Origin: Hyalangium minutum
GTDB lineage: Bacteria; Myxococcota; Myxococcia; Myxococcales; Myxococcaceae
Assembly: GCF_000737315.1 (NCBI RefSeq)
Contig: NZ_JMCB01000006.1
Coordinates: 868,001 to 932,000, forward strand
Length of the DNA stretch: 64,000 nt
Direction of reading: 5' to 3'
In this document: positions 29,014-38,826 of the stretch, piece by piece
How the letters are laid out: each line of letters opens with the position of its first letter
Numbering within the stretch: position 1 is the stretch's first letter
Position numbers and translations under genes: made by a program
Notes under the pieces: model-generated
The model's input: the letters and a program-made list of their open reading frames with translations, nothing else
Database searches by the model: none
Told to the model about the DNA's origin: nothing

Positions 29014-30708
29014 GTGACCGTCTATTCTGTTCGCAGCGGCGACACCCTCAACGCCCTGGCGAAGCGCTTCAACACCTCGGTGTCTGAGATCGCCAAGGCC
29101 AACAACATCACCAACCCCAACAAGATCTCCACCGGGCAGAAGCTGACCATCCCGGACGGGTTCGATCGGCCCACGACCAAGCCGACGCAGTCCGGCGGTA
29201 GCAGCAGCGGCGGCGGCTCGAGCGCCCCGGCCCAGGCCGCGGGCAACGGCGGCCCGGTGCGTGACAGCAACGGCCGTCAGTACCAGACGTCCTCGGACGG
29301 CACGCCGATGTACAAGCAGGGCGATGCGGAGTGGGGCAGCCGCGCTCTGGGCACCGGCTCCAGCATCAGCGCCGCCGGCTGCGCCATGACGGCCACCTCC
29401 ATGGCCGTGAGCAAGATCAGCGGCCAGGCCATCAACCCGGGCCAGATGGACAAGTACCTGGACTCGCACGGTGGCTACGTCGGCAACGGCCTCGTGTGGG
29501 ACAAGGCGGCTCAGGCGGCCGGTCTGCACGCCTCCAAGCAGGGCTGGAGCCTCGACACCATCAACAAGCAGGTGGACGCGGGCCGTCCCGTCGTCATCGG
29601 CGTGGACTACAAGGCCGGCAGCGGCGGCGGCGCCAACGGCACCGACCACTGGATCACCGTGACGGGCCGGGGCAAGGAGGGTGGCAAGGACGTCTACTTC
29701 GCCAACGATCCGGCCACCGGGAAGCAGATCACCCTGCGCAACGAGGGCGGCCGCCTGGTGGGTGGCCCCTCGAACTACAAGTCCACGGGCGAGCTGGTGA
29801 CGTTCTCCGGCGGCAACCCCCCGAAGCCGGGCACCACGCCGTCCACCCCGGCCACGCCGTCCACCCCGAGCACCGGCGGCACCACCGGCACGGGTGGCAC
29901 CCAGGCTCCGGCGGCGAACGCCACGAGCCTCAAGGGCGTGACGATTCCCTCGGCCAACCTGAAGCGCGGCGACACGGGCCCGCAGGTGGAGCAGCTCCAG
30001 CAGGCGCTGGTGAAGGCCGGCTACATGACGTCGGCCCAGGTGAACACGGGCCCGGGCACCTTCGGCCCGAAGACCGAGGCCGCCGTGAAGAAGTTCCAGG
30101 CGGACCACGGCGTGGAGTCCATCGGCCAGTACGGCCCGAAGACCCGCGCGGCCTTCGAGAAGCTGGGCGCCAAGGTGGGCGGCTCCACCCCGAGCACCCC
30201 TACCACTCCCACCACTCCGACGGGTCCGATTGGCGACCTGCCCAAGACGGGCAACGCCTTCATCGACCGCGTGGCGGCCGACGCCATCAAGAGCCAGCGG
30301 CAGACGGGCGTGCCCGCCTCCGTGACGCTCGCGCAGGCGATGCTGGAGAGCGGCAGCGGCAAGTCCGGCCTGGCCACCAAGGGCAACAACTTCTTCGGCA
30401 TCAAGGGTGAGGGCCCCGCCGGCCACGTCACCATGCCGACGAAGGAGTTCCTCAACGGCAAGTGGGTGACGGTGGACGCCAACTTCCGCAAGTACAACTC
30501 GCCCGCCGAGTCCTTCGCGGATCACGGCAAGTTCCTGCGTGACAACAAGCGCTACGCCAACGCGTTCAAGCACACGGACGACGCGGCCCAGTTCGCCAAG
30601 GAGATCCACAAGGCCGGCTACGCCACCGACCCGGAGTACTCCAACAAGCTCATCTCCATCATCAACAAGTACGGCCTGGAGCGCTTCGACCAGATCGGCC
30701 GTCAGTAA
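29014..30708 (+). CDS. Multi-domain peptidoglycan hydrolase: LysM, C39-like peptidase, PG-binding, GH73 glucosaminidase
   Basis: YSVRSGDTL LysM; YKQ...AGCAM...DHWI...NDP; LKRGDTGPQVEQLQ; AQAMLESG, NNFFGIK, GYATDPEY. Confidence 0.9.
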   Translation: MTVYSVRSGDTLNALAKRFNTSVSEIAKANNITNPNKISTGQKLTIPDGFDRPTTKPTQSGGSSSGGGSSAPAQAAGNGGPVRDSNGRQYQTSSDGTPMYKQGDAEWGSRALGTGSSISAAGCAMTATSMAVSKISGQAINPGQMDKYLDSHGGYVGNGLVWDKAAQAAGLHASKQGWSLDTINKQVDAGRPVVIGVDYKAGSGGGANGTDHWITVTGRGKEGGKDVYFANDPATGKQITLRNEGGRLVGGPSNYKSTGELVTFSGGNPPKPGTTPSTPATPSTPSTGGTTGTGGTQAPAANATSLKGVTIPSANLKRGDTGPQVEQLQQALVKAGYMTSAQVNTGPGTFGPKTEAAVKKFQADHGVESIGQYGPKTRAAFEKLGAKVGGSTPSTPTTPTTPTGPIGDLPKTGNAFIDRVAADAIKSQRQTGVPASVTLAQAMLESGSGKSGLATKGNNFFGIKGEGPAGHVTMPTKEFLNGKWVTVDANFRKYNSPAESFADHGKFLRDNKRYANAFKHTDDAAQFAKEIHKAGYATDPEYSNKLISIINKYGLERFDQIGRQ

Positions 30709-30733
30709 GCTCCGAGCTCGCTTGAGCGAGGCA

Positions 30734-30769
30734 TCACCCCCGCTGGCGGAGCATCGCCGGTGGGGGTGA
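30734..30769 (+). terminator. Stem-loop after the hydrolase gene
   Basis: TCACCCCCGCTGGCG-GAGCAT-CGCCGGTGGGGGTGA (with G-U pairs). Confidence 0.55.
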
Positions 30770-30967
30770 AGACGAGGACCGTGAGCCCTTCTGGGGCCGC
30801 GGTCCTCGTTGCGTTTGGGGGGCATGGGCGCAGGGCGTGGCGGGCTGCCAGGCAGGGGCTGGGCTCACTCCCGCCGGGAGCAAGGAGGCGAGCGCGGGCC
30901 AGGAGACAGCGGCTCACCGCATGCGCACCGTTCGAGCGACACCCCTTTCGTATCGAGCGAGGAGCGC

Positions 30968-31393
30968 ATGGCGACGGAGCGAGCGCAGCGATTCGTGGAC
31001 GCACTGGCGAAGCTGGAGGAGAGCGGGGACCTGGAGGCCATCGTCTCGCTGTTCGCCGAGGACGCGAAGGTGAGCAACGTGGCCTCGCAGCGGGAGTTCA
31101 CGGGGCGGGAGGGCGTGCGCCAGTTCTGGAGGGACTACAAGGCCATGCTGGCCAGTGTGAAGTCCACCTTCCGCAACATGATCGAGTCGAACGACCGTGT
31201 GGCGCTGGAGTGGGAGACACAAGGCACGGCGCAGAACGGAGCGGCGGTGAACTACGAGGGCGTCTCCATTCTCGAGTGGGATGGCGATCGGATCCGCCGC
31301 TTCTACGCGTACTTCGACCCGGGGCTCTTGGGACGGGAGATCGCGCACGGGACGGCGAAGCGCTCGGAGCCTCCGGCCACCACGCCGGCGTAG
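30968..31393 (+). CDS. SnoaL/NTF2-like protein
   Basis: IVSLFAEDA, FTGREGVRQFW, RVALEW, GVSILEW...IRRFYAYFD. Confidence 0.85.
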   Translation: MATERAQRFVDALAKLEESGDLEAIVSLFAEDAKVSNVASQREFTGREGVRQFWRDYKAMLASVKSTFRNMIESNDRVALEWETQGTAQNGAAVNYEGVSILEWDGDRIRRFYAYFDPGLLGREIAHGTAKRSEPPATTPA

Positions 31394-31394
31394 C

Positions 31395-32045
31395 TCAGGC
31401 GGCGCGCACGGCTTCGAGCGTGCGGCACAGCTCGTCGATGGTGTCCGTGAGCTCACGGGCCCGGCCCGCGGCGTGGGCGGTGGCGCCCTCGTAGCGCAGC
31501 AATGTGAGGCGCGTGGCCAGCTCACCGGCTCGGGCGAGCGCGCGCTCCAGGTCCGTGCGGGCCTGGGTTCGCAGGGCCTCCAGGCGGGAGAGGTGCGCCA
31601 GGCGCTCGCGGAGGATGTCCGCCACGGGCTTGGAGTCCGGGCGTGCTTCGAGCGCGGCCAGCTCACGGCTCAGCTTCTCCCGGTCGTGGTCCGGAGAGGA
31701 GAGCACGGCGTCCAGCTCGGCGAGGCGGCGCGCCGCGGAGCGCAGGGCGGTGCCCAGGGAGCGCACCCGCGCGGTCTCCAAGGTGAGCGAGTCCCCCAAC
31801 TCGCGGCCGAGCCGCTGGAGCGCCTCATGGAGGGTGGCCTCGGCGGCATCGATGCGAGCGTTCTCGGGCGTGCCCGTGGGAGCAGAGGGGCTGGGAAGCA
31901 GAACCGGCAGGAACAGCGGCCAGAGACAGGCGTGGAGGCCCGCGCGGGCGAGGCCCATGGCGCCTCGGGCTTCACCGCGTCCGAGCACCGCGGCCACGGC
32001 GATGCCGGCGAGGCAGTAGGTGACGACGGTGACGAGCGCGACCAT
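31395..32045 (-). CDS. Membrane-anchored coiled-coil protein
   Basis: Two N-terminal hydrophobic segments then heptad-rich helices; start overlaps the upstream stop. Confidence 0.75.
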   Translation of the reverse strand: MVALVTVVTYCLAGIAVAAVLGRGEARGAMGLARAGLHACLWPLFLPVLLPSPSAPTGTPENARIDAAEATLHEALQRLGRELGDSLTLETARVRSLGTALRSAARRLAELDAVLSSPDHDREKLSRELAALEARPDSKPVADILRERLAHLSRLEALRTQARTDLERALARAGELATRLTLLRYEGATAHAAGRARELTDTIDELCRTLEAVRAA

Positions 32046-32863
32046 TACAGGCTCTCCTCTTCGTGCACGGACTCCGAGGAGCGCGGCTCCCACTCGCCAT
32101 TGAGGGTGTCGATGTTGGAGCGCAAGAGGGTGCCGGCGGCATCGAAGGCGCTGCTCTCGAGCGGGCGGATGGCGACGGTGGGGCGGCCGGGGTTGCCGAC
32201 GAAGGGGCGGACGACCCAGGCCATCTGCACACCGACCATGCCGTAGAGCGCGGTCCACGCGAGCAGGTGGAGCACGGTGCGGCCCTGGGTCCGCAGGGCC
32301 TTCACGAGCACCCAGACGCCGCGCAGCGCGGCCACGCCGAGGAACCCAAGGCTGCCGAGCATGACGTGGAAGTAGCCGGTGGGCGGATGGTTGACGGCAT
32401 TGGCGAAGGCGAGCCACACGGGCGCGAGGCCCAGCAGCGTGAGCCCGGTGGTGGCGAGGGCGACCAGGGCCTCGCACACGGCCTGGAGGGCGGAGATGCG
32501 AGCACCGAGGAGCCGGCCATAGACGTGGAGCGCGGGCAGACACACCGCGAGGCTGCCGAGGCCCACGAGCATGAGCTTGGGAGCGGCGGCGAGTCCCGCC
32601 AGCGGCGAGCGGGTGAAGCCGAGGAGGAACCCGAAGATGCCGAAGCCCGCGAGCGCGCAGAGGGTGAGGCGCAGGGGCAGCTCCCGCAGCTCGGGGCCAC
32701 CGGCCTGAATCTGCGCGAGCACGGCGGACGGGTTGCGCAGGAGCAGCTCCGCGGTGCGCAGGATGCTGTCGGAAGCCTGCGGCGCGGGCACGGCAGCCAC
32801 AGCAGACGCAGCGGACACAGCAGGCACAGAGGACGCAGTGGGCTCGATCGTGGTCGTGGACAT
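32045..32863 (-). CDS. Yip1-like multi-pass membrane protein
   Basis: APKLMLV..SLAVCLPAL, LYGMVGVQMAWVVRPFVGNP. Confidence 0.75.
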   Translation of the reverse strand: MSTTTIEPTASSVPAVSAASAVAAVPAPQASDSILRTAELLLRNPSAVLAQIQAGGPELRELPLRLTLCALAGFGIFGFLLGFTRSPLAGLAAAPKLMLVGLGSLAVCLPALHVYGRLLGARISALQAVCEALVALATTGLTLLGLAPVWLAFANAVNHPPTGYFHVMLGSLGFLGVAALRGVWVLVKALRTQGRTVLHLLAWTALYGMVGVQMAWVVRPFVGNPGRPTVAIRPLESSAFDAAGTLLRSNIDTLNGEWEPRSSESVHEEESL

Positions 32864-32892
32864 GAGAGGCCTCGGAAGAGAAGGGGCGGGGG

Positions 32893-33438
32893 TCAGCGCC
32901 AGGAGAGTCCGGCGCTGTGAGCGCACTGGGCGAAGGTGATGGCGTGGAGGACGAGGAAGGCGATGCGGGTGGAGCCCGCGAAGGAAGCGCCGAAGCGCTG
33001 GAGCGCCTGAGTGAAGGTGTGGCCACCGGCGACGAGCGCGAGCACGGTGAAGAGGAAGGCCAGCGGCGAGGCGATCCGGGACTCAGGGGCGGTGGCGGCG
33101 AAGAACCACAGCAGGGGCGTGGTGGAGGCCAGGCTCAGGCCGAGCGTATGGACGGCCTCGAGCGCGGCCTGGACACACTGGGAGGCGCCGAGCCCTGGCT
33201 GGCGGGTGGCCCAGAGGATGTAGAGCGCCGGGAGGCACAAGGCCCACGCCAGCAAGGCGACGGCAGGCAGCGAGACGGCCCACCCGAGGTGGGTGAGGCT
33301 GAAGCCCTCGTGGGTGACGGCGGTGCGCAGGGCGAAGCCAAAGAGGGCCATGCCGCCGAGCCCCACGGCCAGAGGACGGGCGGAAGGAAGGGCGAGGGCG
33401 TGCGTGCCGCCGAGCGCGGTCAGCGAGGAAGGCTGCAT
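32893..33438 (-). CDS. Yip1-like membrane protein, shorter paralog
   Basis: LAWALCLPALYIL and SLASTTPLLWFF parallel the adjacent gene. Confidence 0.7.
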   Translation of the reverse strand: MQPSSLTALGGTHALALPSARPLAVGLGGMALFGFALRTAVTHEGFSLTHLGWAVSLPAVALLAWALCLPALYILWATRQPGLGASQCVQAALEAVHTLGLSLASTTPLLWFFAATAPESRIASPLAFLFTVLALVAGGHTFTQALQRFGASFAGSTRIAFLVLHAITFAQCAHSAGLSWR

Positions 33439-33636
33439 GCGGGCTCCAGTGCAAGAGAGGATGCAGCGCCGCTGTGCACCTTTGGGGCCAGCGCGGGTTC
33501 CCTGGGATGCCAACGGTCAGCGTGGCCCAGGAGCCATACTCCCTGCGTCTCTCCGCCCGCACTCGGGCTTCCGGGCGCGAGGCTGTGCTAAGCGGAGGAC
33601 CTCTCGCGTTGACCGTTCGACCAGGAGACCCCCGAG

Positions 33637-34446
33637 ATGGAATCCCCCAGGCCCGTAGCCACCGCGCTCACGATTGCGGGCTCGGACAGCGGTGGTGGTG
33701 CTGGCATCCAGGCTGACCTGCGTACCTTTGCCTTCCACCGCATCCATGGCACCAGCGCCCTCACCGCCATTACGGCGCAGAACACCCTGGGCGTCACCCG
33801 CGTGGATGTCCTCAGCCCCGCCGCCGTTGCCGCTCAGATGGAGGCCGTGGTCACTGACATCGGTGTGAGCGCCGCGAAGACGGGCATGCTCGCCAACCTG
33901 GAGATCATCATCGTGGTGGCCGAGCAGATCCGCCGGCTCAAGCTCACGCAGCTCGTGGTGGATCCCGTCATGGTGTCCCGCGCGGGCTCGCGGCTCATCG
34001 ATGACAAGGCCGTGGGTGCCCTCCGAGAGCTGCTGCTCCCGCTGGCCACCGTCGCCACGCCCAACCGCCACGAGGCGCAGCTCCTGTCGGGCATGGACAT
34101 CCAGACGGTGGACGACATGGCCGAGGCCGCGCGCCGCATCCAGCGGCTCGGTCCCAAGGCCGTGCTCGTCAAGGGCGGTGCCATGCCCGGCCCGCTGCGC
34201 GGCACCGATGTCTGGTTCGATGGGGAGCACCTCGAGACCCTGAGCGTGCCCCCCATCGATACTCCCAATACGCACGGCACGGGCTGCACCCTGTCCGCCG
34301 CCATCGCCGCGCAGCTGGCGCTCGGGCGCGCACCCCTCGACGCCACCCGGCGCGCCAAGGAGTACGTCACCTCCGCGCTCCATCACCCGCTGGCGCTCGG
34401 CCGGGGCAACGGACCGTTCAGCCACTTCGCCTTGGGGGCGCTGTAG
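33637..34446 (+). CDS. thiD: Hydroxymethylpyrimidine/phosphomethylpyrimidine kinase
   Basis: [52 protein letters not shown]. Confidence 0.96.
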   Translation: MESPRPVATALTIAGSDSGGGAGIQADLRTFAFHRIHGTSALTAITAQNTLGVTRVDVLSPAAVAAQMEAVVTDIGVSAAKTGMLANLEIIIVVAEQIRRLKLTQLVVDPVMVSRAGSRLIDDKAVGALRELLLPLATVATPNRHEAQLLSGMDIQTVDDMAEAARRIQRLGPKAVLVKGGAMPGPLRGTDVWFDGEHLETLSVPPIDTPNTHGTGCTLSAAIAAQLALGRAPLDATRRAKEYVTSALHHPLALGRGNGPFSHFALGAL

Positions 34447-34447
34447 C

Positions 34448-35689
34448 TCAGGTCAGCCGGCTCCAGAAGGAGCGCTTGGACGAGATGCGATCCAGCGCCT
34501 CCTGCAGCTCCTCGTCGTAGTCGGCGCGGTTGGCGATGTCGCCCATCGAGATGATGCCGATGACGCGGTCATCCCGCTCGACCACGGGGATGCGGCGGAT
34601 CTGCCGCTTGCCCATCAGCGAGATGATGCTGTGGATGTCCTCGTCCGGGTGGACGCACTCCACGTCATCCGTCATCACGTCCCCGGCGCGGAGCTGATCC
34701 GGCGTCCTGCCGCCCGTGAAGGCGCGGATGACCAGGTCCCGGTCCGTGATGATGCCCACGAGGCAGCCCCGGCTGTCCACGATGGGGACCACGCCGCAGT
34801 CCTCGTCCTTCATCAGCTGCGCCACCTCGCGCAGCGAGCTGTCCTGGCGCACCGTCTTCACGCCGCGGGTCATGATCTCCCGAGCGGTGAGCGGCTCGCG
34901 CTGCCAGCGCCGGCGCAGCCCGGCCAGCATGCCCTTGTGCTCCGGACGTGACGTGTCGGTGTCGGGGCCGCGGCTCGCGTACGTCTCGCCCATGCCGATG
35001 TTCACGCCCGAGCCCGGACGGCCGGGGCTCGCCTGGCTCATGCCCAGCATCGGATCGTACCGGTCGCTGCGCTGGCCCTGGGTGCCCATGCCGGGATGAC
35101 CCTGGGTGCCGTGCTGGCCGCGGTCCTCGCCGCCGAAGCCCGTGCGGTCCCACTGACGGTAGTTCTCGCCGCCGGTGTCGCGGCGCATCTCGAGCGAGTG
35201 GCGCGTGTCCTGCTCACCCATGCGCATCTGCCCGCCTCCCGAGCCGATGGCAGAGCGGTCATCCCGGTCATCGCGGCCGTACGGCCCCTGCTGGGGGGTG
35301 CCACTCGAGCCCCAGGTGCCGCGCGTGTTGAGGCCGGCGCCCGTGCCCATGCCGCTCATGCCCATGCCCGAGCCGGTGCCCAGGCCCGTGCCCACGCCCG
35401 TGCCCACGTCCGTGCTGGTGCGCGGCTGAGCCAGGCGCAGCGCCGCGGCGCGGTGGAAGCGGCCCTGGCGCACGCTGGGGGCCTCGTCGCGGTCGGGGCT
35501 GTAGCCCGTCACGTCGGACTCGGAGCGCTCGCGCGAGCCCGGAGGAGACACGTCCGCGCGCCGCACCACGTCCGTACCGCGCGTCGCCACGTCACCCCCC
35601 AGCATGCCCGGCGTCCCGTTGTCGGGGACCGTGCCGCGCCCGTTGCGCGTGGTGTCGTCCCTGCCGTTGTCCATTCTCTTGTCAGCCAT
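34448..35689 (-). CDS. CBS-pair protein with long disordered Gly/Arg/Asp-rich N-terminus
   Basis: TAREIMTRGV, CGVVPIV, GIITDRDL, IRRIPVV, GIISMGDI. Confidence 0.88.
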   Translation of the reverse strand: MADKRMDNGRDDTTRNGRGTVPDNGTPGMLGGDVATRGTDVVRRADVSPPGSRERSESDVTGYSPDRDEAPSVRQGRFHRAAALRLAQPRTSTDVGTGVGTGLGTGSGMGMSGMGTGAGLNTRGTWGSSGTPQQGPYGRDDRDDRSAIGSGGGQMRMGEQDTRHSLEMRRDTGGENYRQWDRTGFGGEDRGQHGTQGHPGMGTQGQRSDRYDPMLGMSQASPGRPGSGVNIGMGETYASRGPDTDTSRPEHKGMLAGLRRRWQREPLTAREIMTRGVKTVRQDSSLREVAQLMKDEDCGVVPIVDSRGCLVGIITDRDLVIRAFTGGRTPDQLRAGDVMTDDVECVHPDEDIHSIISLMGKRQIRRIPVVERDDRVIGIISMGDIANRADYDEELQEALDRISSKRSFWSRLT

Positions 35690-35895
35690 TCGGATGAACC
35701 TCCAACTGCGGAGTGGTGGTGCCGCGCTCGGGTTGGGGAGCGCGGGCGCCGAACGCTGGGGATTCCCCTCGCTCTCACCAAGGGAGCGGGGTCCCCAGCC
35801 ATACCATCTGTCCGCAGCAGGGCAGGTTCACCCGGCAGGGCGCCCAGCGCTGGACACCCTGGCCGCTTGCTGGTCAACGGAAGCGCTCAGCGCCC

Positions 35896-36579
35896 TCAGT
35901 GAATGGCCCAGAGAGCGCCAATCTCCTCGCACGCCAGCTCCACGTCATGGAGCCGGCGGGTGTTGGCCTTGGGAGCTTCGAAGAGCGTACCGGCGAACAC
36001 ATCCACCACGCGGATCAGCCGCTGATCCACCGGGCCCAGGTGCCGCAGGTGCTGCTCCGCGAAGCTGTGCAGGAGTGTGGCGATGTACTGCCCCGAGCGC
36101 TCATCCAGCGGATGCCACTTGGCGAAGTAGAGCTTGAGCAGCCCCACTTTGTTTTCGCCGCGCCGGTCCGTCATCTGCAGCACCACCTCGGGCCGCACGC
36201 TGATGGTGACGCCCGCAACCTCCAACACCGGAGGCTCCTGGCCTACCGCGCTGATGATGGTGCCCTCCAGCTCCAGCTGCGGCACCACCGCCGCGAACCG
36301 ATCCAGCGCCTCGACGCACAGGTGCAAGCGCTGGGCCTCGAACTCCGTCTGCGGCACGGTGTTGAAGAAGCGCTCCTGGTGGTCCCGGAGGATGCCGCCG
36401 TTCATTCCCTTGCACAGGAAGTCGGTGATGGCCTGCGACGCCTCCGGATACCGCAGGTACTGCGGATCACACGGGTGCTTCTGATCATGGATGATGCGCT
36501 TGCGACGGGCCGGTGAAGCGGTGAGGTACTCCCCCAGCTTGTTCACCGAGACGCGTGGCGACTCACGGGATTCCGCCAT
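35896..36579 (-). CDS. Hypothetical protein, possible degenerate PD-(D/E)xK fold
   Basis: VSVNKLGEY..A...RRKRII; ISVRPE...VGLLKLYF; ACEEI..LW. Confidence 0.75.
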   Translation of the reverse strand: MAESRESPRVSVNKLGEYLTASPARRKRIIHDQKHPCDPQYLRYPEASQAITDFLCKGMNGGILRDHQERFFNTVPQTEFEAQRLHLCVEALDRFAAVVPQLELEGTIISAVGQEPPVLEVAGVTISVRPEVVLQMTDRRGENKVGLLKLYFAKWHPLDERSGQYIATLLHSFAEQHLRHLGPVDQRLIRVVDVFAGTLFEAPKANTRRLHDVELACEEIGALWAIH

Positions 36580-36583
36580 GGAC

Positions 36584-36628
36584 GACCCCTTCGTGTGTCG
36601 TAGATGCGTTGACACTACAGAAGGGGTC
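36584..36628 (-). promoter_or_regulatory. 5'-UTR hairpin that sequesters the Shine-Dalgarno sequence
   Basis: mRNA GACCCCUUC...GUGUC(loop)GACAC...GAAGGGGUC-GUCC-AUG; the SD-like AAGGGG lies in a perfect 9-bp arm. Confidence 0.55.
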
Positions 36629-36721
36629 TGACACGGCATTTCCCGGGAGTTTCGCGGACTTGGCGTGGTGGACAGGCACCCCCGCCGGAGGGCGACCCGG
36701 CGGATTGGATGCGCCGCCGTG

Positions 36722-38563
36722 TCAGCGCGCCGCCACGCGTTCCACCAGCGGGCGGGCCTTCTCCAGCAACCGGAGGAACTCCTGGCGCTCGGCATTGCCC
36801 GAGGGCGTGGCCTCGCGGGCGATCTTCTCCACCTGCTCGAAGCTCCAGCGGGCCGCGTGGGGGCTGCGGCGGAGCAGCTCGGCTGCGCCCATCACTGCGG
36901 TGGCGAAGCGCAGATCCTTGTTCGCCGAGGCGAAGCTGGAGGCCAGGGCCTTGCCGGAGAAGCGGAACGCGCGCTCGGTGGCCTTCTCTCCGCGAGGCTT
37001 CTTGGCGCGCACGCGCACGGTGGCCAGGTCATCGCCCGCGCCCGGCTGGAGCTCCAGCTCGTAGAGGGCGGTGACGGTGTGGCCCGCGCCCAGCTCGCCC
37101 GCGTCCACCTTGTCGTCCCGGAACAGCGCGTCCGCGATGGCGCGGTTCTCGTAGCCCACGAGCCGGTAGCGGGCCACCTGCTTCGGATCGAAGTCCACCT
37201 GCAGCTTCACGTCCTGGGCAATCACCTCCAGCGTGCCGCCGATCTGCTCCTGGAAGATGCGGCGCGCGGCCATCAGCGAGTCCACGTAGTAGTGGTTGCC
37301 GTCGCCCTGGTTGGCGAAGCGCTCCATCATCTCGTCCTTGTAGTTGCCCATGCCGAAGCCCACGGTGGTGACGGTGATGCCCTCCTTCACGTAGCCGCGG
37401 ATCAACTTGAGGATCTCCTCGGGCGAGGTGGCACCCACGTTGGCGTCGCCGTCCGAGAGGATGATGACGCGCGAGGTGGACTGACCATCCACCGTCTGCA
37501 TCGCCTGCTGGTAGGCCAGCTCGATTCCGGACGACATGGCGGTGGAGCCGCCCGCCTGGAGCTCCTCGATGGCTTGGTGGATGACAGCCTTCCTCTCCAG
37601 GCCAGTGGGAGGCAGCGCCACCTTCACGTGGCCCGCGTAGGTGACCATCGCCACGGTGTCACCGTCGCGCAGGTTGTCCACGAGCATGCGCAGGGCGCGC
37701 TGGGCCAGCGGCAGCTTGTCCGGCGAGGCCATGGAGCCGGAGACGTCCACCAGGAAGGTGAGGTGCGCGGGCTTGCGCTCGGAGACGCTGAGCTGCTTGC
37801 CCTGCACGCCCACGCGCAGCAGGTGGCGGCCCGGCGTGTACGGAGAGGGCGCCGCGTCCATGTGCACCGCCAGCGGCGAGCCGTCCGTAGGCCCCTCGTA
37901 GTCGTAGCGGAAGTAGTTGAGGAACTCCTCCACGCGCACGCCCTCTTGTACCGGCAGCGAGCCCTCGAGAATCTTCCGGCGCGCCAGCGTGTACGCGCCC
38001 GTGTCCACGTCGATGGCGAAGGTGGACAGGGGGTCCTCGCTCGCGGTGACGAAGGGATTGATGCCCGCGTCACGGTACTGCTCGGTGCGGCTCGTGGTGT
38101 CTCCGGAGCTGGAGACGTTGCGCGGAGCGGGCCCCCTCATCTTCATCTTCATGCCCACCATCGACTTGCCACCGAGGCTGGCGCTGCCCGAGCCATAGCC
38201 GGTGCCGCCGCCGAGGGTGCCGATGCCGCCTCCACCCGAGCCCGAGCCCTTGAAGCCCAATCCCCCGAGCCCCGACGCGGATCCGAACGCGGCGGGAGAA
38301 CGTTTTGCGGAAGGAGCCGGCACATGGCTCGACGGCGGGCTGACGGTCGGCGAGGGCCCCGCATTCGGCGATGACGGCTCAGCCCGGGTCTTCGACGGCA
38401 GCGACTCGGCCACCTTCTGCTCCTGCCTCGGCTCCTGCTGCTTCGCGGCCATCTCCACGGCTCGCTGCGGCGCCTCCTCCTGAGAGCGGCAGCCCACAAC
38501 CAGCGCGCTCTCGACCACCAGCGCGCAGACGATCCCACTGACGGCCACACGGCTCCGCCTCAT
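36722..38563 (-). CDS. YfbK-like von Willebrand factor A lipoprotein
   Basis: LVVGC lipobox; PLSTFAIDVDTGAY, VRVEEFLNYF, FLVDVSGSM, ILSDGDANVG, DAGELGAGH. Confidence 0.9.
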   Translation of the reverse strand: MRRSRVAVSGIVCALVVESALVVGCRSQEEAPQRAVEMAAKQQEPRQEQKVAESLPSKTRAEPSSPNAGPSPTVSPPSSHVPAPSAKRSPAAFGSASGLGGLGFKGSGSGGGGIGTLGGGTGYGSGSASLGGKSMVGMKMKMRGPAPRNVSSSGDTTSRTEQYRDAGINPFVTASEDPLSTFAIDVDTGAYTLARRKILEGSLPVQEGVRVEEFLNYFRYDYEGPTDGSPLAVHMDAAPSPYTPGRHLLRVGVQGKQLSVSERKPAHLTFLVDVSGSMASPDKLPLAQRALRMLVDNLRDGDTVAMVTYAGHVKVALPPTGLERKAVIHQAIEELQAGGSTAMSSGIELAYQQAMQTVDGQSTSRVIILSDGDANVGATSPEEILKLIRGYVKEGITVTTVGFGMGNYKDEMMERFANQGDGNHYYVDSLMAARRIFQEQIGGTLEVIAQDVKLQVDFDPKQVARYRLVGYENRAIADALFRDDKVDAGELGAGHTVTALYELELQPGAGDDLATVRVRAKKPRGEKATERAFRFSGKALASSFASANKDLRFATAVMGAAELLRRSPHAARWSFEQVEKIAREATPSGNAERQEFLRLLEKARPLVERVAAR

Positions 38564-38826
38564 GAACAGCCTCCATCGAGCTTTTGGGTTTCGGGAGACT
38601 TCGACAACCGTGTGCGCGGCAAGTTCCCACAAACCGCTAGCGAACCTTTGCGGTGTGCAGAGTTTGCGAGGTGAAGCCCCGTGCCGCCTGCCGAGGGGAG
38701 GAGGCCGGAAGCTCCGTCATTTCGCTGGCTTGTGACGAGCCAGGCCGGGGGCCGGAGTTTGCAAAGTGGGACTGCGCCGCGAAGGGCCGGAGCCAGGGCT
38801 CGCGCGGCTTGCAGGGAGAAAGCACC

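Noticed and set aside
33440-33636. TPP riboswitch upstream of thiD
   Set aside because: No CTGAGA or ACCTGA-type core motifs found.
38745-38790. Sigma54 promoter or c-di-GMP riboswitch before pilY1
   Set aside because: GG/GC spacing fits (38749/38761) but the -24 element is GGGCCG, a weak match; GCAAAGTGGGAC only superficially resembles c-di-GMP-I and lacks the paired stems.
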